Below are positions 28,764 to 37,950 of a DNA stretch of 64,000 bases, one piece after another. Numbering within the stretch: position 1 is the first letter of the stretch; every line of letters starts with the position of its first letter. The DNA comes from Promethearchaeota archaeon. GTDB taxonomy: Archaea > Asgardarchaeota > Thorarchaeia > Thorarchaeales > Thorarchaeaceae. Where the stretch lies: NCBI GenBank assembly GCA_014728035.1, contig WJMJ01000071.1:96001-160000 (forward strand). The letters run 5' to 3'. The notes below the pieces were generated by a model. It did no database searches. It saw nothing but the letters and a program-made list of their open reading frames with translations, and was not told the origin of the DNA. The position numbers and the translations under genes were made by a program.

Positions 28764-30239
28764 ATGGTGAAAGATTTCAAATTCGAAGGTGTATTTCCCG
28801 CACTTGTTACACCTTTTGATGAAAACGGAGTAAATGAAGAACAGTATCGAGCTCTTATTGACTATGTGATTAAAGCTGGTGCAACCGGAATTGTCCCATG
28901 TGGTACAACAGGTGAATTTACCAGCATGAAATTTGAAGAAAAAGTTGAAGCCATTAAGATTGCTTGTGATGCTACAAAAGGACGTGTACCTGTTCTTGCT
29001 GGAACTGGTGCTGCTTATACAAATGATGCAATCAAGATTACACATCGAGCTGCTGAATTTGGTGCGGATGCTGCTTTGGTTGTTTCTCCTTATTTCTTGA
29101 AACCCACAAACAAAGAAATCTTTGAACATTATGAGAAGATAGCTAGAGCATGTGAACTACCACTTTTCCTCTATAATATTCCTCAAGTCACAGGTGTGAT
29201 GCTTGATTGGAAACTCATTGATGGACTTCGAGAGGTTGAAGGTGTTATTGGAATGAAAGATTCTAGTGGGAATCTTGTAAACCTTACTACCATTCTTGTT
29301 AGAAGGCCTGACGACTTCCAAGTTGTAATTGGACATGATGAAGTAGCCCTACCTGCATTTGCTACTGGCTGTGATGGAGCAATCCTTGCTAGTGCAAATA
29401 TATTCCCAGATCGCTATATCAAAATGCAAGCACAACTAGCTCAAGGTGACCTGAATGAAGCTCTCATTATTCAAAGGAGCATCCAAAAGACAGTTCGATT
29501 AATAGTGAATCGTGGTGGTGGTGCTATTGTTAAAGCTGCTCTTAACATGATGGGTATCCAAGTTGGAGATCCACGTCAACCGTTACTACTTGGAGATGTT
29601 CCATCCTATGATGACTTGGATGAAATCCGTACATGTCTGGAAGATCTTCTCCTCATTAAACGTGGACCTGTTAAGTTCAAGAAGGGTGATAATGTCGTCG
29701 TTGCTGAGAGCTATCCTATTGCCGTTGGTATGGTTCCTGAAATCATTACCGACTTAGAATTTATGCATGGTGAAGCACTCTGTGGTGAGGGCCAAGAAGT
29801 AGCTCATGTTGACTTGATAATGGGCCTTCGAGATGGGCCAATGCACGTGGCTGTAGAGAATGCTGGAAAAAGAGTGGAGGGATATCATTCTTCCAATGTA
29901 ATAAGCGGACTCGAACCTACTACAATATTTGCTCCAACTGTAACAATTACCCACGAAAAGCACAAAGATATGGTATACAATGTAGCACAACAAGCAGTAG
30001 TAGATGCCGTAAACCGAACAGTTACTGACCATGTACTTCCTGAAGAATTACTGAAGGATTTGGTCATTGCAGCAAATGTTTTCGTACATCCAAATGCTGT
30101 TAATCCAAAAAGAGTACATATCAATAATTTCCGAGCAGTTCGATTTGCAATCCGTAGAGCTATCGAGAAACGAGAGAGTGTTTCAGAAGTACAACTCCGC
30201 AAGGAGTCAGCTCGTCATCCCTTTGCATATCGTCCATAA
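28764..30239 (+). CDS. DapA/NAL-family class I aldolase fused to a formaldehyde-activating enzyme (Fae) domain
   Basis: GTTGE, YNIPQ, GMKDSSG. C-terminus GEALCGEGQEVAHVDLIMG..DGP, PTVTI, AQQAVVDAV, VFVHPNA, NNFRAVRFAIRRA, ARHPF is a canonical Fae pattern. GGAGGT SD at 28751. Confidence 0.88.
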   Translation: MVKDFKFEGVFPALVTPFDENGVNEEQYRALIDYVIKAGATGIVPCGTTGEFTSMKFEEKVEAIKIACDATKGRVPVLAGTGAAYTNDAIKITHRAAEFGADAALVVSPYFLKPTNKEIFEHYEKIARACELPLFLYNIPQVTGVMLDWKLIDGLREVEGVIGMKDSSGNLVNLTTILVRRPDDFQVVIGHDEVALPAFATGCDGAILASANIFPDRYIKMQAQLAQGDLNEALIIQRSIQKTVRLIVNRGGGAIVKAALNMMGIQVGDPRQPLLLGDVPSYDDLDEIRTCLEDLLLIKRGPVKFKKGDNVVVAESYPIAVGMVPEIITDLEFMHGEALCGEGQEVAHVDLIMGLRDGPMHVAVENAGKRVEGYHSSNVISGLEPTTIFAPTVTITHEKHKDMVYNVAQQAVVDAVNRTVTDHVLPEELLKDLVIAANVFVHPNAVNPKRVHINNFRAVRFAIRRAIEKRESVSEVQLRKESARHPFAYRP

Positions 30240-30354
30240 AAACTAGCATAGAAAAGTTCATGTATGGTGTGGTGAAATAACATAATATCAGCATCTCTGA
30301 AATCGTTTATCACCACACGATACAGTCTTTAAATAATACAATGCCGTGAATATC

Positions 30355-30561
30355 ATGCCAAGAAAATACAGTGATCAAATTAAGGATATTCTCAACAATA
30401 TGACCAGGGCCGAGATTGAAAATTTCGTACAAGAAGGGGAAGAAATCGTATTGGAAATAAATTCTGAATCTATTGTCCTAAGTCGAAGAAAAGAGATTAT
30501 TTCTGCAAAAGCTCTATCTTCATCTGAGAGAGGATTTCAGTATCGCCTCCCAAAAGAATGA
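30355..30561 (+). CDS. Small hypothetical protein
   Basis: 68-aa ORF with protein-like composition; AT-rich TATA-like tttaaata upstream. Confidence 0.5.
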   Translation: MPRKYSDQIKDILNNMTRAEIENFVQEGEEIVLEINSESIVLSRRKEIISAKALSSSERGFQYRLPKE

Positions 30562-31223
30562 CCATTTGTTTAGTAGCTTTCTTCTTTTTCAACAGTTAAA
30601 TCATCCGGATTTCGAGATTTTTGATATTTCGAAATACACCTTGTCAAAATGCGTCACAGTTGCATTCTATGGTACTTTGGAATTCAAAATCTACTACCGT
30701 TCGTATAAATAACCCAGTGTGAATATGAAAATAAAACGCAATCTCTCTCAAATCGCGTCACTACCAAACTTTGGAGAATTAGTCCATGGCCGAGGTCCAT
30801 AAATATAGTACATTAAACGCCTTAAAAAACCCGAGAGAGAAAGCTACACTCAACACAAAAGACGGGGATATTGATGTTGTTTCATACTATCTATTTCTCA
30901 ACTATCCCTTACCCGGACTAATCGAAGCTAGCATTTTGCAAACTTCAATGAATGAGATGACATTATTCCATTGCTAATGTGTTGATGGGACCATTATGGA
31001 CCCGGCCACCTTTTCTAAAAGAGAGCAGGCCTCAGACTGCTCTTGAGCAATCATTCCATTTCAGGTCAAACAGGGGTAATTTCATCATTGGCCTGCATTT
31101 CTAATAGTATCGAATAGCTACAAAAACATAGGGGAATGTAACCACAGGTGAAAACTTTGTCCAAGTTTTGCACAACGGGAATGTTCTTAGACAAGTACTC
31201 TTCTAGTAATCTATGTGGTTTTC

Positions 31224-32357
31224 ATGGTCGATGAAAAAAGAATGATAAAACTCCTTAGAGATTTGATTCAAACCAACTCTGAGAGTCCACCTGGTCGAGA
31301 AGTTGACGTTGCTAATGTACTAAAACAACATATGGCAGATTTTGGAATTGGGTGCAAGTCTGTTGGCCCCTCAGATAGACCGAATCTGATTTTTTTCACT
31401 CATGAGAACACATTAGGCCCTCTGGTAATTCATGGCCACATGGATACTGTCCCAGCTGGACCTTTAGAAAATTGGTCTCATGATCCTTTTGCTGGAAAGA
31501 TAGTTGGAAACAAGCTTTATGGGCGAGGTGCATGTGATATGAAAGGCCCTGTCACAGCCTTAGTAGAAACAATGATACTTTATGCTCAAGAAAAGCACGA
31601 AACACCTCTTGTGATGTTAGCAACTTCAGATGAAGAGAGTGGTTGTTCTGGTGCAGAAGAGGTAGCTGCGAGTGGAATATTATCTGGAGTGAAATATGGG
31701 ATATGTGCAGAACCTACAAGTCTAGATGTACTTGTTGGTGAAAAAGGGATGTTTTGGTCCAAAATTGTTGCTAGTGGTAAATCTGCACATGGATCTCGTC
31801 CTGAAGAAGGCATCAACGCAATTGCATTAGCTGTCAAAGGGCTTGAATGTATAACTCAGAAGGCATTTCCATACACAACTGATGAATTACTAGGCACTCC
31901 TACATTGAATGTTGGTATGATAAATGGGGGTATTAAAATCAATGTTGTTCCAGATTCTTGTGAGATTCACCTGGATATGAGAATTGTAAAAGGTCAGACA
32001 ACCGAAGATGTTATGGAACAAATTCGAGAACGGTTTAATGACGCAGGTCTTTCTGAGCGAGTTAAAATTGAATATATTCATGGTAAACCCGCAGTTTCAA
32101 CACCTATAGACAGTCCGATTGTTGATGCAAGTCTTGCTGCAGTGGAGAAGGTTACAGGGTCGAGACCAACACCATATGCTGCCACATATGGAACTGATTG
32201 TTCAGTCCTTCAACCAAAGATTGGAATAACCAATGTAATCTGTGGACCAGGATCAATAGAGCAGGCACATCAACCTGACGAGTTCATAAATCTTGAACAG
32301 ATGTATCAATCTGTGGATGTGTATCTTGAAATTGCAAGTCAAATCCTCAAACCATAG
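31224..32357 (+). CDS. M20 family deacylase (ArgE/DapE-like)
   Basis: HGHMDTVP, YGRGACDMKG, DEE, AEPT, GKSAHGSRP, NVVPD, GTD, GPG...AHQPDE. Confidence 0.92.
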   Translation: MVDEKRMIKLLRDLIQTNSESPPGREVDVANVLKQHMADFGIGCKSVGPSDRPNLIFFTHENTLGPLVIHGHMDTVPAGPLENWSHDPFAGKIVGNKLYGRGACDMKGPVTALVETMILYAQEKHETPLVMLATSDEESGCSGAEEVAASGILSGVKYGICAEPTSLDVLVGEKGMFWSKIVASGKSAHGSRPEEGINAIALAVKGLECITQKAFPYTTDELLGTPTLNVGMINGGIKINVVPDSCEIHLDMRIVKGQTTEDVMEQIRERFNDAGLSERVKIEYIHGKPAVSTPIDSPIVDASLAAVEKVTGSRPTPYAATYGTDCSVLQPKIGITNVICGPGSIEQAHQPDEFINLEQMYQSVDVYLEIASQILKP

Positions 32358-32364
32358 AATAAGC

Positions 32365-33147
32365 TTACTTTACACATTTTCTAGCGATAAGCGCAGCAAA
32401 TGAACCCGCCCCTAATCCATTTCCAATATTTACTACTGCTAATCCTGGAGCACAGGATTGTAACATTGAAGCAAGTGCAGTTTCTCCTTTACCTCCATGG
32501 CCATAACCTGTTGGAATTGGCACACCGATGACAGGGGCATTTACAAGTGAAGCAACAACAGTAGGTAGAGCGCCTTCCATTCCCGCCAACACCACGACTG
32601 CTGAAACATCTTCCTGTACTATTTTCTTAATGGGCTCAACTAATCGATGGATACCCGCAACACCCACATCAAAAAATGAAATTGTATCGACCCCCATAAC
32701 TTTCGCAACGAGAATTGCCTCCCATGCATAAGGGATATCAGAAGTACCTGCAGTCATTACGGCAATTTTTCCCTTAATTTCTGGTGGGACCCATTTTTCA
32801 GAGCTTGCTAATACAGTATAATGCTGACCTGCTCCTTTTGCATCAATTGTATACTCTTCTAAATTCTCTTGAAGTGTTTGCAATTTTTCAGGACTGACCC
32901 GAGTCATTAAAGCATATCCAGAATTCTCAATCATTGATTTAGCAATCGCAACCAAATCTTCTCCATTTTTCGATTCTGAAAAAACCACTTCAGGAATTCC
33001 ACTTCTCTCTTCTCGAGCACCATCGATTCGAGCTAAATCCCCAATTACTCCGATTGACAATTCTTTTAATTGTTTTTCTGCTTCTGCTTGCGATATCTTT
33101 CCCTCTACTAAATCTCGTAGAATTGTCTTTGTGGATTTCATTTTCAC
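32365..33147 (-). CDS. larB: Nickel-pincer cofactor biosynthesis protein LarB
   Basis: ARID..R..RSGIPEVVF...K, TAGTSDIP, DVGVAGIHRL, AGMEGALP, VPIPTGYG, SCAPGLAVVNI.NG.GA. Confidence 0.92.
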   Translation of the reverse strand: MKMKSTKTILRDLVEGKISQAEAEKQLKELSIGVIGDLARIDGAREERSGIPEVVFSESKNGEDLVAIAKSMIENSGYALMTRVSPEKLQTLQENLEEYTIDAKGAGQHYTVLASSEKWVPPEIKGKIAVMTAGTSDIPYAWEAILVAKVMGVDTISFFDVGVAGIHRLVEPIKKIVQEDVSAVVVLAGMEGALPTVVASLVNAPVIGVPIPTGYGHGGKGETALASMLQSCAPGLAVVNIGNGLGAGSFAALIARKCVK

Positions 33148-33237
33148 TTCAACTGCTACTTTAACGCAAGAGAGAAACCTTAAAGTTAGTGTTCTAAGTC
33201 AATCTTGGTATACCCATATGAATAGAGGGGTCAAAAT

Positions 33238-33759
33238 ATGCAACTTGAAGGAATTTTTAATCTCTTGCTCAATCCGCTGGTGTTAATTTTACTAGTGGGT
33301 ATTATTGTCATTTTGATTGTTGCTGTATCTCGTCGTGGTCCAAAGGTTCCACTGGGTCCACCTATTCTTAAAATACTAGTTAAAATGAAATCTGCTGTTG
33401 AAAAAGGAAGCAAAGTGGATGTACCAATTGCCAAAACCCGTCAGCAACTAATTACTGAAACATTTGAGCCCAAATTGCAAGAAGCTGGCATTGAGCTTCC
33501 AAAGAAAGGGGGTTACATTCCTCTTGTAGCTAGTAGTGATTTGTCTCAGAAGCTTGTGGAATACAAAGAACAAACTGGAAAGTTTGATGATGATGAAATC
33601 GAAGCAACGATTGAAGGCATTCATGCAGCGGAAACTGAAAAGGAAGTAGACGATATTGCTGAAACTGTTTCTGATCATCTTGGATTAAGCGATAGTCAGA
33701 AACAAGAACTTGGACATTTAGCTCGTGAAGAATGGAATCGTCACAAGGATTCCGAGTAA
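33238..33759 (+). CDS. Membrane-anchored hypothetical protein
   Basis: N-terminal hydrophobic segment followed by a soluble helical acidic domain. Confidence 0.7.
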   Translation: MQLEGIFNLLLNPLVLILLVGIIVILIVAVSRRGPKVPLGPPILKILVKMKSAVEKGSKVDVPIAKTRQQLITETFEPKLQEAGIELPKKGGYIPLVASSDLSQKLVEYKEQTGKFDDDEIEATIEGIHAAETEKEVDDIAETVSDHLGLSDSQKQELGHLAREEWNRHKDSE

Positions 33760-33777
33760 CTTGATTGAAGTGATATT

Positions 33778-34509
33778 TTGACCCAACCCCTCTACATGAA
33801 AGATAATTATCTTCAAGAGTTTGATGCAGTCATTACTGCAATTACTGAAAAAGGAGTAATTCTTGATAGATCCGCATTCTATCCTGAAAGCGGAGGACAA
33901 AGCGGAGACAAGGGGAAATTATTGACCACCTCAAAGGAGTATGAGGTAAAAACAACCAAGAAACGAAATGGGATGGTAGAACATAGAGTCGACACTCTTG
34001 AGGACCTAGAAGTTGGTGCCAAAATACACGGAATTCTTGATTGGAGTTGGCGATATGAATGTATGAGGTTTCATACCTGTCAACATATACTCTCTCGATA
34101 TTTGCAGTTGAATTATGACCTGGTCACCGTTGGTAATATGATTAAGCCTGGTGAAAGCCGAGCTGATTACTCTCCTCTCAATGATTTTCCTGATGATATG
34201 AAAGCAAAGGTCGAGGCTGGAGTGAATGAGATTCTTTCTCATGATTTGGATGTGGTAACCAAGTTCATGCCTCGCGAAACCGCAATCTCTTATCTTAGAG
34301 AGAAGGGGTATCAGACTAGGTATTTGGAGATGGTTCCCAAACACGTCAAGGAATTTAGAGTTCTTTTGATTGGGGATTATGATGCTGCATCTTGTGCTGG
34401 CACACACGTTAAAAATACCAGTGAGATTGGTCATATCAAACTGAACAAGAACAAGAATGTTGGTGCTAATAAGCAAAGAATCTATTTTAGCCTCTTAGAA
34501 TCTATGTGA
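33778..34509 (+). CDS. alaX: Alanyl-tRNA editing protein AlaX-M
   Basis: LY.KD.YL.EFDA, FYPESGGQ.GD.G, MRFHTCQHIL (HxxxH), CAGTHVKNTSEIG (CxxxH). Confidence 0.92.
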   Translation: MTQPLYMKDNYLQEFDAVITAITEKGVILDRSAFYPESGGQSGDKGKLLTTSKEYEVKTTKKRNGMVEHRVDTLEDLEVGAKIHGILDWSWRYECMRFHTCQHILSRYLQLNYDLVTVGNMIKPGESRADYSPLNDFPDDMKAKVEAGVNEILSHDLDVVTKFMPRETAISYLREKGYQTRYLEMVPKHVKEFRVLLIGDYDAASCAGTHVKNTSEIGHIKLNKNKNVGANKQRIYFSLLESM

Positions 34510-34574
34510 GTACAGTGTTGAGTATTTGCCAACAGTTTTATCAAGAATATTACACAGAATGAATTGACTGCATA

Positions 34575-35870
34575 ATGAAAGCTCTAGTACTTACTGCCGG
34601 CAAAGGTCGTCGCCTTATGCCTCTTACCTCAAATAGGTCAAAATCTATGTTGATGATTGCTGGTCATCCCGTGCTGCAATATATAATTGAGAGTTTAAAG
34701 GAAAACAATATTCACGAACTCGTTGTCGTTGTGGGTCATGGTCGTGAAGAAATCATCGATTATTTTGAAATGGGGGCTGACCACGATATCAGCATCCGTT
34801 ATGTTATCCAACATGAGCAAAAAGGTGTCGAACACGCGATTCTATCTGCGTATAATGATTTGGAAAATGAAGAGGAGTTCCTTCTAGTAAATGGTGACGT
34901 TTTGGTTGAGCCTGATATGGTTACTAGAACACTAAACAATCATAGGACAATGAACTCTGATGTAACGATGTTAGTCACTCTTGTTTCCAATCCACAGCAA
35001 TTTGGAACCGTCAAAATTGGACGTAATGGAATTGTTGAACGACTCGTTGAAAAAGGAGGGTCCGATAGATATGTCAGTAATTATGCAGTTGCTGGTGTTT
35101 CTGTTTTTAACATTGAAATTCTTGAGTTACTAGAGAAATACAAAACTATGGAACATGCAATCGAGAATATGATAGAATCCAAGAAGACTGTAGCAGCTGC
35201 AGTCTGGGAGAAGGAATGGGCTGAATTCACGTGGCCATGGGATATTTTGAAAGCCAATCAGATTGTTTTAGACCGCCAACTAAGAGGATATGGGAGTTTC
35301 ATTGCAGAATCTGCAGAAATACACAAGAATGTTGTTCTTGAAGGTCCCGTTTTCATTGATGAGGGTAGCATAATTCGTCCTGGTACCACCATAAGAGGTC
35401 CTGTTCATATCGGAAAACGTGTATATGTTGGAAACAACTCATTGGTCCGAGAGTATACAAGTCTGTCTGATGGCGTGCACATTGGCTATTCTGTAGAACT
35501 ACGGAATAGTATGGTGTTTGAACGAGTAAATATTGGCAGAATGACTTATCTTGCGGACTCAATAGTAGGTTCTGATACATGTATCGAGGCTGGTGTTCAA
35601 CTTTGGAATTGGCGTCCATCTGGTGCTCCTTTGTTCCTCGAAAATGGCGAGGAAAAAATTCGTGTTCCACTTACTAAGATGGGAGCAATGATTGGAGACC
35701 AAGTTGTAATAGGAGTTAACACATCTATTTATCCAGCGACTAGAATCGGAGAAGGAACTATTATCGACCCAAGTTGTGTGATCGATAAAGATATTCCTCC
35801 AAGAAGTAAGGTATCTGTGACCCAGACAATGATTGTTGAACCTCTTGATAATGAAGAAAATTTGGTATAA
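34575..35870 (+). CDS. Bifunctional sugar-1-phosphate nucleotidyltransferase/acetyltransferase (GlmU-like)
   Basis: LTAGKGRRLMPLT, VNGD, EK, PWDIL, then left-handed beta-helix hexapeptide repeats. Confidence 0.9.
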   Translation: MKALVLTAGKGRRLMPLTSNRSKSMLMIAGHPVLQYIIESLKENNIHELVVVVGHGREEIIDYFEMGADHDISIRYVIQHEQKGVEHAILSAYNDLENEEEFLLVNGDVLVEPDMVTRTLNNHRTMNSDVTMLVTLVSNPQQFGTVKIGRNGIVERLVEKGGSDRYVSNYAVAGVSVFNIEILELLEKYKTMEHAIENMIESKKTVAAAVWEKEWAEFTWPWDILKANQIVLDRQLRGYGSFIAESAEIHKNVVLEGPVFIDEGSIIRPGTTIRGPVHIGKRVYVGNNSLVREYTSLSDGVHIGYSVELRNSMVFERVNIGRMTYLADSIVGSDTCIEAGVQLWNWRPSGAPLFLENGEEKIRVPLTKMGAMIGDQVVIGVNTSIYPATRIGEGTIIDPSCVIDKDIPPRSKVSVTQTMIVEPLDNEENLV

Positions 35871-36036
35871 GGTATTAATTCTAATGTCCACCGAAACAAC
35901 TATTCGGATTATTATATTGTTAGATTGATGTATTGTTCAAAAATTACTAATTAGAAGTAGTGCAATGATTATGTTTTTAAGTTGAACTCAGAGAGTTGCG
36001 TTGACTTCAATCAAATACCTAGGAGACATAATACGA

Positions 36037-36897
36037 ATGTCACGAAAGAAATGGGGAAGATCCACAGCAAAGACTGAAAGAGTCATTCGAGATGCTGTTC
36101 CCAAAGAAACAGTATTGAAAGAGATTGATGATTATCTTGTAGGAGCATCTTCTGTTACACCATATGATTTAGCGAAGAAATTCAATGTTCGAATCAGTGT
36201 AGCACGCAAAATCTTGCGTGAAAAAGAAGAAGAAGGAATTATCGTTCCATATATTCGAGAGAGTGGTTTCGTTATCTATACTACCCCTTCTGAAATGGAA
36301 AAGCGCGAGAAGGGAAAGCCAATAATGATAGCTGATGTTCTGGAAGAAGTTGCATCTTCCGTACCGGCCGAGTCAATTGCGACTGAAGAAATGGATGCCG
36401 CGCTCGCTGCAGCTGCAGCACCGACAAGCGTTAAACCAAGTAAGCTAAAACGAAAACGTCGAGAAGCTGGAGAGAGGAAGGAACGAAAGGACTCCAGACC
36501 TGAAGTAGTAGTAGAACCTTTGGAAGAAGAGGAGGAAGCGGAACCGAAAAAGCCTCCCAAAAAGGAGAAGCCAAAGAAAGCTCCTAAGAAAGAAGAACCA
36601 AAGAAAGAGCAACCAAAGAAAAAACCCGAAAAGAAAAAACCAGAAAAGGAAGAGAAACCCGAAAAAGAAGAGAAGCCAAAACCTAAGCCAAAGAAAAAGA
36701 AGAAAAAGAAACCAAAATTATCCGATATCTCTGGTATTGGCCCAGCAATGAAAGAAAAATTAATTGAGGCTGGAATTAAAACTGTTCTAAATCTTTCAAG
36801 AGAAGATCCGAGTAAATTGTCGGAGAAAGTGGATGGGGTTGGCTTGAAGACTGCTGAAAAATACATTGCAGCAGCCATTAAAGCACTAGAGGAATAA
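36037..36897 (+). CDS. rps25e: Ribosomal protein eS25 fused to a K/E/P-rich linker and a C-terminal HhH domain
   Basis: RKKWGR...VTPYDLAKKFNVRISVARKILRE.EEEGII......GFVIYT is eS25-like. C-terminal LSDISGIGPAMKEKLIEAGIKT...VDGVGLKTAEK is HhH. AGGAG SD. Confidence 0.8.
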   Translation: MSRKKWGRSTAKTERVIRDAVPKETVLKEIDDYLVGASSVTPYDLAKKFNVRISVARKILREKEEEGIIVPYIRESGFVIYTTPSEMEKREKGKPIMIADVLEEVASSVPAESIATEEMDAALAAAAAPTSVKPSKLKRKRREAGERKERKDSRPEVVVEPLEEEEEAEPKKPPKKEKPKKAPKKEEPKKEQPKKKPEKKKPEKEEKPEKEEKPKPKPKKKKKKKPKLSDISGIGPAMKEKLIEAGIKTVLNLSREDPSKLSEKVDGVGLKTAEKYIAAAIKALEE

Positions 36898-36930
36898 CTC
36901 ATTTTCCTAGGTATCTTGATTATCTCTATG

Positions 36931-36997
36931 GTGGGGCTTCTGCTCCACTAATAGCTCTTTTTTAAAAAAGAAAGATGGACTGGGAGCATAGCTCCCA
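36931..36997. terminator. Pair of hairpins with T/A tracts between convergent genes
   Basis: gtgggg-cttctg-ctccac followed by a T-tract (plus strand); tgggagc-ata-gctccca preceded by A-tracts (minus strand). Confidence 0.55.
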
Positions 36998-37016
36998 ATT
37001 ATCCCATGTATACTAA

Positions 37017-37661
37017 TTATAATGTACTGAGGCGTTTTTCTAGTTCTGCTAATTCCGAATCAAGTTCAGATTCTTTTGCTTTGTATTCTTCTTCAGGAAT
37101 ATATCCTCTCATGTAATCAAAGCGTAAATCTGTAAGTTGAGCCTTCAGTTTGTCTCTTTGTTGCTCAAGGAATTGTTTTTGAGCATCTCCTTCTGGTTCA
37201 GGTTCTTTCGGAATTGGCTCAGGTTCTTTTGGAGTTGACTCAGGCTCTTTCTCTGGAACTTTTTCGGGCTCTTCTGGCTCAGGTTCTTTTGGAGTTGGCT
37301 CAGGCTCTTTCTCTGGAACTTTTTCGGGCTCTTTTGGAACTGGCTCGGATTCTACTTTCGGAGTGATTTCCGGCTTTTTCTTGGGTTCAGAAACCGAAGT
37401 GGTGTCTCCAGTATCAGGTGCAACTTGCACTGATTCCATCTGTTCCATGTTTTTTCTAAGCTCCTCAATTTGATCCGCGATTTCTGCAAATGATTTATTG
37501 ATAGTCTGAGTTATTTCAGACTTCATTCTTGCAAAGTTCTCGGCTAATGTGTCAGCTAATCGTTTTGTTTCTGCCACTTTTTCTGCAAAAGCTTTTATCG
37601 CCTGGAGTTTACCATTGAGTTCCTCCATCTGTCGCTGTATCTCTGAAAAATCAAAAGACAT
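37017..37661 (-). CDS. Coiled-coil protein with PEPK repeat linker and C-terminal SHOCT/CdvA-like helical hairpin
   Basis: N-terminal heptads, KEPEPTPKEPEPEEPEKVPE repeats, LRFDYMRGYIPEEEYKAKESEL. Confidence 0.8.
   Translation of the reverse strand: MSFDFSEIQRQMEELNGKLQAIKAFAEKVAETKRLADTLAENFARMKSEITQTINKSFAEIADQIEELRKNMEQMESVQVAPDTGDTTSVSEPKKKPEITPKVESEPVPKEPEKVPEKEPEPTPKEPEPEEPEKVPEKEPESTPKEPEPIPKEPEPEGDAQKQFLEQQRDKLKAQLTDLRFDYMRGYIPEEEYKAKESELDSELAELEKRLSTL
37215..37333. repeat. 60-bp near-perfect tandem duplication inside a CDS
   Basis: tggctcaggttcttttggagttg(a/g)ctcaggctctttctctggaactttttcgggctctt at 37215 and 37275. Confidence 0.9.
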
Positions 37662-37950
37662 GAATTGTCACCTAATATTATCTTAGCCCTGTATACTAGA
37701 TACATTATGCTGCAAGTTCTTAACCTTTGTCCTGTTATTGTATTTTTGCATACAGTGCTGCATTGTATTTCTTTGAATATTTCTCATACAATATGATTTG
37801 AATGTAGCTCTTTCATTATCATACTGCTGTGCAGAAATTGGATAAAGTTGAACAAGAGTTCAATCCGTTGTCTGCTTCCTGCGCCATCGAAATTGCAGCA
37901 CTGTTCATAGAGGACCTCTCATTCAGATAATTGACTAGCAAAACCACTTA

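Noticed and set aside
27358-30239. Calling the two aldolases dapA (lysine biosynthesis)
   Set aside because: The DHDPS-specific Arg after YNxP is absent, both carry Fae domains, and no dapB/asd/lysC is adjacent.
30786-30977. 63-aa ORF in the long intergenic region
   Set aside because: No SD or recognisable motif; it coincides with the inverted-repeat structure and is probably spurious.
36276-36902. 208-aa Phe/Gly/Ser-rich minus-strand ORF
   Set aside because: Antisense of the K/E/P low-complexity region of the eS25 fusion.
37819-37908. 29-codon minus-strand ORF with a GAGG upstream
   Set aside because: Too short and featureless to support.
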